DNA from: Lepidodermella squamata
Taxonomy: Eukaryota > Animalia > Gastrotricha
DNA: 64,000 bases
Reading direction: 5' to 3'
NCBI GenBank assembly: GCA_047495785.1
Contig: JBLDXI010000030.1
Span: forward strand, 1,302,001-1,366,000
Part shown: piece after piece, positions 26,211 to 37,517 of the stretch
Layout: each line of letters opens with the position of its first letter
Position numbering within the stretch: the first letter of the stretch is position 1
Position numbers and translations under genes: made by a program
Notes under the pieces: model-generated
What the model saw: only the letters and a program-made list of their open reading frames with translations
Told to the model about the DNA's origin: nothing
Databases searched by the model: none

Positions 26211-26621
26211 GTGTGTGATCGCGTGGAATGAAAAATCGGGAATATCGCATAAGTTACAGACATATTAAACTAAAAGATAACTTCCATTGAAAAATATATT
26301 AAGCGCAACCAAACGCTCGTTACTACAGAAAAAGGTGCCTAAGGAATAATTATATTAGCTGAAACTGGCAGAAAATCAGTAAACCCGAAAAAACCCGAAA
26401 ATTTCCCACGGAGAATATACGCTATTTTCTGTAAAATGTTCGGGTCCCCCCGTGGTTGAACGCTTCGAGCAGGGACAGTCTCACGCGTCCCCGCCATCTT
26501 CGACGTGAAAGCGAGATAACGCCAAATTATTTTGAAAAAGCGTGATTGGCCAAATGATTGGCATCAATTCTTAAAACGATATATCAGTTGCATTAAAAGA
26601 CGAAATGTTGTGTCATATGTG

Positions 26622-29600
26622 TTACAAAACTTGGCTGTAATCGCCGCAAGTCAATCGATCAAGCTTCTCGCTGAGCTCATGAAACGAGGGCCTCTCCTCG
26701 AAATTTTGCTGCCAGCATTTCGAAACAATGTCGTCATATCTATACAAAATTGTATAATTTTGAGTGTTCTTCAATTAAGCAAAGTTCACCTACATTCTAT
26801 CCGGGCAAGTTGAGGGTTTAGAGAGACGATACCCCTGGCTGATGTGAACAATGACCTCCATAGCTTGAAGTTCATCGTACGGTTCGTGTTCGCAATCTGG
26901 AAGTGAGATTAGAACGAATTACCCAATCAAACTGTAAATTTAGTTTTACTGGTGAAAATTTCCCACATAATTACTCCGAACGACCAAACATCACTCTTCA
27001 GTACGTACACTCGTCTAATTAGTGATTCAGGTGGATGCCAACGAACTGGGACGGCATATTCGTTCTCATCAGCAGATTTGTAGTAGTCATCCCCATCCTC
27101 AAGAACTCGCGACAGTCCGAAATCCGATATTTTAGCCGTAAAATCATCGGCCAACAAAACGTTGCGGCAGGCCAGATCTCGATGCATGCAATTTTTAGAA
27201 TGAAGGTAGACCATCCCGGCACATATCTGGCTGGAGAAACGAATTCTATCGCCGAAACTAACCTCGTCCAGCCTTCTTGGTTTCAAAAACTCTTTCAGCG
27301 TCCCATTAGGCATGAATGGTACAATAAGATTCGGCTGATCGTTGAGGATCGCGATCCCAATGAGGGGTAGAACGTTAGGGTGGTGGAAATCCTTCATAAC
27401 ATGGGCTTCCTTGATCAGACCAACAACGTCGGCCTTGACGTCAGGGCGGATGCTTTTCACGGCTATTTCTTGCTCGTCCTTTTCGGGCATTCGAAGCACA
27501 GCTCGTTGGACAGTGCCGAAGTGGCCGGCTCCAAGGATGCCTTTTATCTCAAGCCAATCGTTGCAAACGTTGATACGTTCAATGAGAATGACTAGATCTT
27601 GAGCACCTTCGATTCCTTCGATGAGTTTGGTAAAATCGGCAAATGGTACAACGTAGTTTCCATCCCCATTGGCTTGAGATGTGTTTGTAGTCTGAACATG
27701 TTTCTTTCGATAACGAAGGAACAGGATTATAAAAGCTGCAACTACAACAACGAACAAGGCACCGAAAACTGAAGACAAAATTGTAGCCAGATTATCCCCT
27801 GAAATTCAAACTTCGATATAAATTGGGATTGAGGACAAAAGAGTTTTACCTTCTGGCAGTTCGTTCTTCTCAACAATGTCGACCACGGTGTAGTAAGGAT
27901 TGTGGCTGTTGTGGTTCCTATCATCCAACGGACATGCGGAGATTGTGTTCACTATGAATGAGTAGATAGCCGCTGTCGTGTCTGACGTCTCAGGAACAGT
28001 AGGAATTTCCAGCATTACTCTATCGCTCAGAAGTTTGATATACCTATTCGCAATTCGGCTATACAAGCTCGTCGTTTTTCTGAAATCCACAGACAGATGC
28101 GGTATGGTGATATGAGTTCGATTAATGTGATAATCGATTTTATAGCCTAACAAAAATATCTGCGATAGCGTTAGGCTTTCGATACCGTCCGGTAAAGATG
28201 GCTGGAGAATATCGACTCGATTGGGTCTTATCCTTAGTCCCGCGAATCCGAACATGAGGACATTCAGGAAAGCAGCTGCGGTATATGTATGGCCTGTAGC
28301 CGCATTTTCCTCATCGGTGACGTTTCTCCAGATGAAAAATGGCTCGGAATGGTAGTTTTCTAGCAGTTTTTCAAAGTCCTTCCGGCCCGCTGCCATCGAA
28401 GCTTTCGTAGCTAGTTGCATCTCAAGAATAGCTTTGACAGCTAAAGAGGTGCCAGGAATTTCCACTTGTTTTATGCCTGCTTCATAGCTTCTCCCGAAGC
28501 GGCGGTTGTAATTCTGTAAGTATCTGAAATTGATTCATGTCGAATGAAATTGCGACTTACGTCAATATCGTTTCTCACGAGTTCTGGGGGCGCCTGTTCG
28601 AGGAATCTCCCAGAAAAGTTGTACCCAACTGGGAAATGAGCCAATAGGACATCGGCCTGGGAAATCGCATCATCTAAATTGAAGCCGTCGAACTGATAGT
28701 TAGTCTTCGTAACGTTGTCGTACGGAAATTTTAGGCGCATCGATTTGTCCAACAAGTCGTCATCGATTGGTTCTCCAAAGATGCAGTCCAAATACTCGGT
28801 GAAGTGAACCCCGAGTTGCCCGAGAATATTGGTTAACAAATTGTCAGACTGATTACGGTGGAGTTCATCGGGTCCAGTTACGCCCTTGACTGAAATGAAT
28901 TCAGTATCGCCGATACTACTTTCTTTTATCTGTTTAATGAAATTATCATTCAAACGCGTGTTTACATTCCAAAATTGATAAGTTGAGACTGGTTTCGCCC
29001 TTTCGATGAAGTAAAGCATACGAGATGCGATACTGAAGAACCCATCACTGTAGATAGCTTGCTTCGAGCAATGAGAACACCATGTTGCTGCAACTCCAAC
29101 TCTCGCAGAAGTTTCATACGGCACGCTGACGTTTGTCATTAAGGTATTTGACGAGCGAAGCAGCATCATTTGCTTGGCAAAGGTAGGGAAAAACCACGCA
29201 ACGGGTTGGAACAGAAATATTTCCTGGTCTACAGTTTGGCGGCCTCCGAATTGACGCCGCGAAGATCCACGACCCAGGCCACACGCAGACGCTCCGTTGA
29301 AAGATTCATATTGACTGTCGGAATCAGTTTTCGAGTCACCCGAGCCCATAGCGATCTGGGTGAAGACTTGATAGGAAGCTGATCGAATGGCTCTGTTGAT
29401 AACATCTGCTCGTGGACCTAAAGAACATTGCGAAAACAATGATTTATTCAACGAACTCCTCTTTCCTTTAACTTTGCTGTATTTCTGGATGCCCAAGCGT
29501 CACTCCTTCACGCTACTAATAGTGCTTTGAGTCTTCTTCCGTCCACAATTTAGAGCCCAAGGAATTATTAGATAAGACCAACCTTTCACGCTGATACTTC

Positions 29601-30561
29601 CAGTTTGAATCAAGCGCTTCGATTTTTCGACTTGGTAATTAATCAGCTCATCAGGTCGCAGCGCCGGGTTCATCAGCTTCGCGAACTCTTCACGAGCCAT
29701 ACTTTCATCGTGATCAATGGTCTGAAATGCCACAATGATTTCCGTAACTTCACCGGTGATCTCAATGTCGAAGTAAGCTTTCCCCGTGGTGTGGACATAC
29801 ATCTGTGTAATTGTCTTGCTGCGAATTGCACCCGGTACGATGATGCGGACATATCTATGAGACCAATGTGAAAACTGATTGAAAATTTGAATCTGCTTCC
29901 TTACGTAACATTGCAGCAGCCAACTTCTTGAAAACCTCTAGTCAAATTCACTTCGTATCGTTCTCGATAGGCGTCATCACTCAAAAGACCGGCGTATTTC
30001 TTATCCTGGTGAAATCGAATGGTCGAGCCGATGAAACGTTTGTCAGCTTCAATTGAAACAGCATGGAAATAGGTTCGCTTGTACAGGATACTGCAGCCGT
30101 GATATGAGCTGATGTTGATACCGCGTTTAGTCTTAATCAACTCTCGCCAAATTCCGATTGTTTGGTAGAAACTATACTTTCTTTCAGTGATAATTTCAGA
30201 TTCGTTGTTAACATCGATCGATTCGACTTTGAATACGGCGTAGTTAGGCAGAGGCAGTCGTCTGATGTAACCCGAATCGTTGTAAAATTGCGTTGACAGG
30301 TAAATCGATTCCTGAAAAATTTGGGAAAAGCTTGACAATTGACGACCTTAAGAACTGAAGGCAAACGCTGTAGATAACGGTTCCGACTATGCTTGTTGCA
30401 AGTTCTGGCAGTAAGTCTGTATCTTCGAGATTAAAATCGGACCCGACTTCCGTGTAATCGATTCCCTTCAAAGATTGCGGTATCGATTGGTTTAAAGCTG
30501 TAACTATCGATGGCGTAAGCATTCGAAGTGTAAGAATCAACGTTAATCCGACGGAATGCAT
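26622..30561 (-). CDS. GH65/PGGHG-ectodomain receptor tyrosine kinase, copy 5
   Basis: Signal MHSVGLTLILTL; GRQTVDQE; GVTGPDELH; TM nearly identical to copy 3; intact kinase; ends ...CGDYSQVL*. Confidence 0.9.
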
Positions 30562-32668
30562 TTTTCAGTTGTTTAGCTAAATGAAAAAATTAAACGAGGA
30601 ACGTGACAATAACATATGCTAGGAATGTAAAACCCGCATTATTGGTACTTGAAGATAAGGCATTTTCAATAATGTGGAGCGAGAATAATTATCAAATATT
30701 CAAAGGGGAATACTGATAATCTCTAATCTATCGATGTAAGTCGATGCTATATTGGCGATTGCAAGCTGAAACGGCATGTGTTATATTTTCTAGGTCGAGA
30801 AGTCGATGAAGAACCGAGATTATCAATAAATTGTGGGTGTGAAGGGTGTGAGAAAGAAATCCAGACGAGAAAAAGGCGCTGACTTTAACAGATAAATCAT
30901 CTAGATAGATGTATGATTGTTCATCAGATTTGTGAACGGGCAGGAGCGACTTCTCATTATTGACTTGAAGCGCACGGTATTGGCGTACTATCGGCTTATT
31001 TATCAATATCACCTCATCCACCCTAATTTTAACAGCAAGCGCAGGGCTAGTTGCTAGTGCCTTGAGCCTAGACCCCTGCCCGGAGGTGGGATGAAGCTGT
31101 GCCCAAAGTTTGTCGCACATATGTGAATGCAGACCCTTTCGGCAGATAGCTGAAGTCTTAAAGCGTTAATCCTTATAGGCAAAGTTGGTTGGGTCGCGGC
31201 GGTACATAATTCCTAGTTTGCTACAGTGAACCCAGCTCCGTCAATCCGAGGCCAAATTGGGTCAAACTTTCAGAGAATATGTTATTCTGTGCGATGATGA
31301 CGAATTTTCTGTAAAAATACTCCAAGGTCCCACCCTTGAGGTGCGCGGTCAAAAAACGTCAATTTTGACAATTTTTACTTGGCCGCGCCCTTATGCGTCG
31401 ACTGCGAACATAAATTGGTGCATTGCAATTGTCTCATTGAGGCGCATCGTTTGACATAGGATTTATCGAAATCGGCCTTACCATCGCTGTAATGAGCTCT
31501 GTTTTGTGTGTAACAAATCAGCTTCACGCTCCACTAGTCACGTACCTCCCTGACAAAGAGGAAGCGCGCCGGCCTTGCGTGATGCGTCGGCTGACCGACA
31601 AAAGAATTTTTAGCACCTATCGAACACGGGCTTCACGCTGGTGTCAACATTTTCGGGGCGACACCTTGCCTTCTCACAGCAGGCGCGTTTGTAACAAATT
31701 AGGAATTTGCAAATGTCCTTAATTTTTGTCCGCACAACTCACACCACCCCTTCTACCGGGCGCGATTACGTCACGACTGTTAGTCAGAATTGGCTGAAAT
31801 TTTGCGAAAATGTAGAGGACATCCATCCCAAGATGTGGTTTAAAAATGAAATTAATATCTATCAATGGCGCGAAGCCCGGCGGATTTTTCGGAAAACTGT
31901 AACGAATAAGGACGTGTAACGAATGAGCCATACTCACCTTATGCCTAATTTTATTGCGATTATGGGACAAATATAAAGCGCTGATTCCCTTTAACTGAAA
32001 ACTGAGCCCTTTCGAAGCTTGAAACGAGGCTTTCAGTAACGAGGCTATACACTTTACAAAATGCGCACTTTCATAGGTACTCATAGGTACTCGCACTCCG
32101 ACCCGTTACAGTACTCCACCGATGGTAGTACCCTGGTTACAGGCACTGGCGATCAGGTTTATTACTCTGCTCCCGATGACTTCACACAGTGTTTTGAGCG
32201 GAGAATTTTCGAATTCAAGTTAAAAATCGAAAAATATATTTTTCAAATGGCTAACGCCTTCTACTCGTCAGCTGATTCTGTTCTATAATGCAGTTCCGCT
32301 TCCTTCCCCTGATCTGCAGATCTTTGTCGAATGCATTCGGATATTTGAGGTTTCCATACTGTTGTAATGTACTCACTTCTTTCTTCATTCCCTATACCAA
32401 ATTCTTAGCCTCTATATGCAAAGTCAAAGTCCAACTACTTGTTGCTGGGTAGTCGAGATCGTTTCGATACATTCGCGGCATCAGGAAAAGAAGCCTATAC
32501 TATTCAGGCACAGTTATCAGGTTTAAAATGTCAATTAAAATTATCTCAAATACAAGAACATTTGTTAGCAATAGAGGTAAACAGTCCCATTCTAGTTAAA
32601 AAAAAAAGTTTACTGAAAAAGTGAAAAGATTTGCAAGCAAAGAAGTCGAAGATTAAAACACGCACAGC

Positions 32669-35600
32669 TCACAAAACTTGACTGAATTCCGTACAGTGTA
32701 ATCGATCTAGGATTTCTTTAAGCTCCTCAAACGAGGGTCTATCTTCGTAGTTCTGCTGCCAGCATTTTGCAATAATGTTGTCGTATCTAAAAAAAAGCTA
32801 TCGGAATAACGCCGTCCCTTACAAAAGGCAAGGTCACTTACAGTTCTTCAGGGCAAGCTGCGGGTTTAGAGAGACGATAACCGTGACTGATGTGAACAAT
32901 GACCTCCATAGCTTGAAGTTCATCGTACGGTTCGTGTTCGCAATCTGTTGGAAACATGCTCTTCGAATTCAGGCTCAAAATTGATAAAATCACAATTACT
33001 TGTAAATATTTCCCACATGATTACTCCGAACGACCAAACATCACTCTTCAGTACGTAGACTCGTCTAATTAGCGATTCAGGTGGATGCCAACGAACTGGG
33101 ACGGCATAATCATTTTCATTCGCAGTTTTGTAGTAATCATCCCCATCCTCAAGAACTCGCGACAGTCCGAAGTCCGATATCTTAGCTGTGAAATCCTCGG
33201 CTAACAAAACATTTCGGCAAGCCAGGTCTCGATGCATGCAATTCTTGTCATGTAGATAGACCATCCCGGCACATATCTGGCTGGAGAAACGAATTCTGTC
33301 GCCGAAACTCACCTCATCTAGCCGTCTTGGTTTCAAAAACTCTTTCAGCGTCCCGTTAGACATGAATGGAACGATAAGATTCGGCTGATCGTTGAGGATC
33401 GCGATTCCGATGAGTGGTAGTACATTCGGGTGGCTGAAGTCCTTCATAACATGGGCTTCTTTGATCAGACCAACAACGTCAGCTTTAACGTCAGGTCGGA
33501 TGCTTTTCACGGCTACTTCTTGCTCGTCCTTTTCGGGCATTCGAAGCACAGCTCGTTGGACAGTTCCAAAGTGGCCGGCTCCAAGGATGCCTTTTATCTC
33601 AAGCCAATCATTGCAAACGTTGATTCGCTCAATGAGAATGACCAGATCCTGAGAACCTTCAATTCCTTCGATAAGTTTTGTAAAATCAGCGAAAGGGACT
33701 ACGTAGTTTCCTTCTCCGTTTGCGTGAAAAGTGTTTGAAAATTTGGCAGCTCTCTTTCGAGACCGAAGGTATAATGTCAAGAGAATCGCTACTATTATAG
33801 CGACCAAAGCACTGAAAACTGACAACAAAATGACAGCCAAGTTATCCTCTGCATTAGACAATCTAATCAAGCAAGTTTAATAATGCCACAATATTCTTGC
33901 CTTCTTTGGATTCATTTTCATCAGCAATGTCGACCAGCGAGTAGTATGGATTGTGGCTGTTGATGTTCCTATCCTCCAACGGACATTGGGAACTACCGCT
34001 AGCTATGAACGAGTAAATAGCCGCTGTTGTATCCGACGTCTCGGCTACCGTAGGAATTTCCAACACAATCATATCAGAATCGAGACGGATATACCGGTTC
34101 CCAATTCTACTGTACAATATTGTGATTTTTCTAAAATTCGGGGCCAGATACGGAACAGTAATATGAGTTCGATTCAAATGGTAGTCGACATTATAGCCTA
34201 AAATTTCGATTTCCGACAGCGTTAGGCTGTCTATACCATCTGGTAGCGATGGTTGGAGAATATCGACTCGATTGGGTCTTATCCTCAGTCCTGCATATCC
34301 GAACATGAGGACATTCAAAAAAGCTGCTGCGGTATAAGTATGGCCAATAGCCGCATTTTCCTCATCAGTGACATTTCTCCAAATGAAAAAAGGCTCAGAG
34401 TGGTAGTTTTCGAGTAGATTCTCAAAGTCCTTGCGACCTGCTGCCATTGAAGTTTTCGTTGCGAGTTGCATCTCAAGAATAGCTTTGACAGCCAAAGAGG
34501 TGCCAGGAATTTCCACTTGCTTCACACCAGCTTCATAAGTCCTTCCAAAGCGGCGGTTGTAATTCTGAAATCAAATACAATTGATGTAGAATGAAATTGC
34601 GACTCACTCGATATCGTAAATTTGTATTTAAAAATATTTTCGCTGAAATTACTGAAATTTACCTAGATGGCAACTTACATCAATATCATTTCTCAAACGT
34701 TCTGGAGGGGCCTGTTCCAAGAATTTTCCCGAAAAATTGTATCCCACTGGAAAATGGGCTAAGAGAACATCGGCTTGAGAAATGGCATCATTCAAATTGA
34801 ATCCATCGCACTGATAATGGGTCTTCGTAACGTTGTCGTAAGGAAATCTTAAGCGCATCGACTTTTCCAGCAGGGCCTCGTCTATCGGTTCACGATTAGT
34901 GCAGGCTAAGTACTGGGTAAAGTGAACCCCAAGTTGCCCGAGAATATTGGTTAGCAAATTGTCAGACTGATTACGATGGAGTTCATCGGGTCCAGTTACG
35001 CCGTAGATCGAGATGTACCCATCATTACCATTATTCTTTGAGATCTCTCTCGCAAGATTTTCCTTTATAATATCGGAATTTCTCCTCCACACATTTTCAG
35101 GGTTCATTTTCCCTCGCTTGATGAAGTATAGCATGCGAGAGGCGAAGCTAAAGAAGCCATCGCTGTAGATGCCTTGCTGCGAGCAATGTGGACACCATGT
35201 TGATGAAACTCCAACTGTGTTCACAATTTCATAGGGCTTCAGATCTTGCTCACTACTAGTTGTAGGGCGCAGCAGCATGAGTTGCTCGGCCAAGTCTGGC
35301 ACCAACCACGCAACAGGTTGGAACAGAAATATTTCCTGCTCCACAGTTTGGCGGCCACCGAATTGACGCCGCGAAGATCCACGACCAAGGCCACAGGCAG
35401 AAGCTCCGTGAAATGTCTTATAAAGCACGTTAGTGCCAGGGTTTGATCCCGCGAAGTTAATATCGATTTGGCTAAATACTTGATAGTAGGCTGATCGAAT
35501 GGCTCGGTTGATTACATCTTCGCGTGGACCTAGTATAAAAAGTAAACAAATATCCGAATTGTTTTGAAAAGAAATAATAAGTGATACCAACCGTTCACGC

Positions 35601-36584
35601 TGAGATAGCCTGATTGAATTAGCTTCTGCCATTTGTCAACCTGATTTCCAACCAGCATATTAGCTCGCAAAGCGGGATTCACTAGGCCAGCGAACTCATT
35701 CTTAGCTGCATCTGCATCATCGATATCGATAGTCTGAAGTGCAACAATAGTTTCCGTAACTCCATCGGTAATCTCAATGTCGAAATAGGATTTGCCAGTT
35801 AGGGCGAATGTGCTATTCACATATATCGATACGATCTGAGTGGAGCCAGAAAATGGATTCGGCACGAAGATATTCACGTATCTAGTAAGAGGCGTTTACA
35901 GAACCTGTTACAGGGCTCTTATTTCTTACGATGCATTGTAGCCGGCCACCAGCTGGAATTCTGAATGAAGCAGGAGTTGATATCGATCTCGGTAGACATC
36001 TTCACTCAGAAGCGCATCGTATTTCTTATCCCGGTGAAATCGAATCGTAGAGCCGATGAAATGCTCGTCGGCTGATATTGAAACAGCGTGGAAATAGGTT
36101 CGCTTGTACCAAAAGCTACAGAAGTGATATGAGCTGATGTTTATACCTCGTTGAGTCGTAATCAACTCCTGCCAAATTCCGATTGTTTGATAGAAACGAT
36201 AATTTCTATCAGTGATATTTTCGAATCGCCCATCTACTTCAATCGATTCGATTTTGAATACAGCATAGTTAGGCAGGGGCAGTCGCCTGATGTAACCAGA
36301 ATCGTTGTGAAAAAGCGATGAAAAGTAAATCGATTCCTAGAGCAGCTATGAGATGCAATAATAAATCAACCAATTTCGAAAATTACGTTATAGATGACTG
36401 TTCCTATCCTGCCTGATGTAAGCTCTGGCAGCAAGTCTGCATCGTCAACTTTAAATTTCGACCCGACTTCCGTGTAATCGATTCCATCCAAAATTTGCGC
36501 TATCGATTTGTCTTCGGCTGCAACGATCGATGAAGTTCGCAACAGTAGGAGTGTAAGTATGAGTATCAATTCTGAAAGTTTCAT
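32669..36584 (-). CDS. GH65/PGGHG-ectodomain receptor tyrosine kinase, copy 6
   Basis: Signal MKLSELILILTLLLL; GVTGPDELH; TM similar to copy 4; intact kinase; ends ...CTEFSQVL*. Confidence 0.9.
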
Positions 36585-37517
36585 TTCCAGTTGTTAGCTT
36601 AGCTTTTATTGTCGAAAAAGGAGAATAGGGTAACAGATGTTGGAAATCACGAACACGTGTAAATCGATATTTGCTACTTCAAGATAAGGCTGCTGTAATA
36701 ATTTAGATTGAGATGGAGTATCAAAGCATCAAAAGAATGTAATTTAGTGAAATCATTTGATAACACGATAAGCTGCATATGCTTCGTTCTGATTTTGTGA
36801 TTCATTACTAGCTGAAGCATTTCTGTCATCAAAAGGTCCATACGGTTTGGCTGATCTGAGATATCATGGACTTTGAATCGAACATATCGTCTGAGTCTGA
36901 CAAGACTTGACATTTCAGTCAAGTGAGAGGGTCTCCAAATCAAGTGGAGTATATGAAGCTCACTTATGATCTCCTCGTTTCGGTAATACTCTGATTATAC
37001 ACTTTTTCATGTTTCGGCGTTTTGAAAATTGTTTGCTTATATTGCAAATCGTGAATCTTGAATTGGATGAGGAGGGGTATTTTCCAATCAGAATTTATCG
37101 ACTCAAGGTTTGCCCAGACCTGTCGAACTGGAGGTCCCATTGCCCATTCCCCCTGAACTTCGAAAACAGGATTTTTCTCCCTTTCCAGCCGCCCTCTGAT
37201 CAAGCTGATATTGCTCTGTTTTTGTGAACATCGGTTTGTTCGGAAATTGAAGAAAGAGGCTAATAATAGTATGAGTAAATAATCCTGAAAGGTTCATGAA
37301 AAGTTCAAAATTCGACAACAATTTTAATTATAAGCGAAATCAGCCGCGCTGTATCTCACTTCAGTCATTCACTGATCAAGCAGATAATTGCAAAAATTCT
37401 GTGAGCATCGGTTTGCTCGGAAACGAAAAAGTGACGATAAAAATAGCATAGATTAACAATATCCGTGGAGTTTCATGCGAGTTTCACGGATGCGCGGGTC
37501 TCACACTTTGGTCGATC

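Noticed and set aside
30728-32624. Short ORFs between RTK copies 5 and 6
   Set aside because: No domain similarity or consistent splice pattern recognised.
3857-35446. Many plus-strand ORFs recurring in each RTK copy (e.g. MISPTTSAFTSGRMLFTATSCSS)
   Set aside because: Antisense shadows of the conserved kinase and ectodomain exons.
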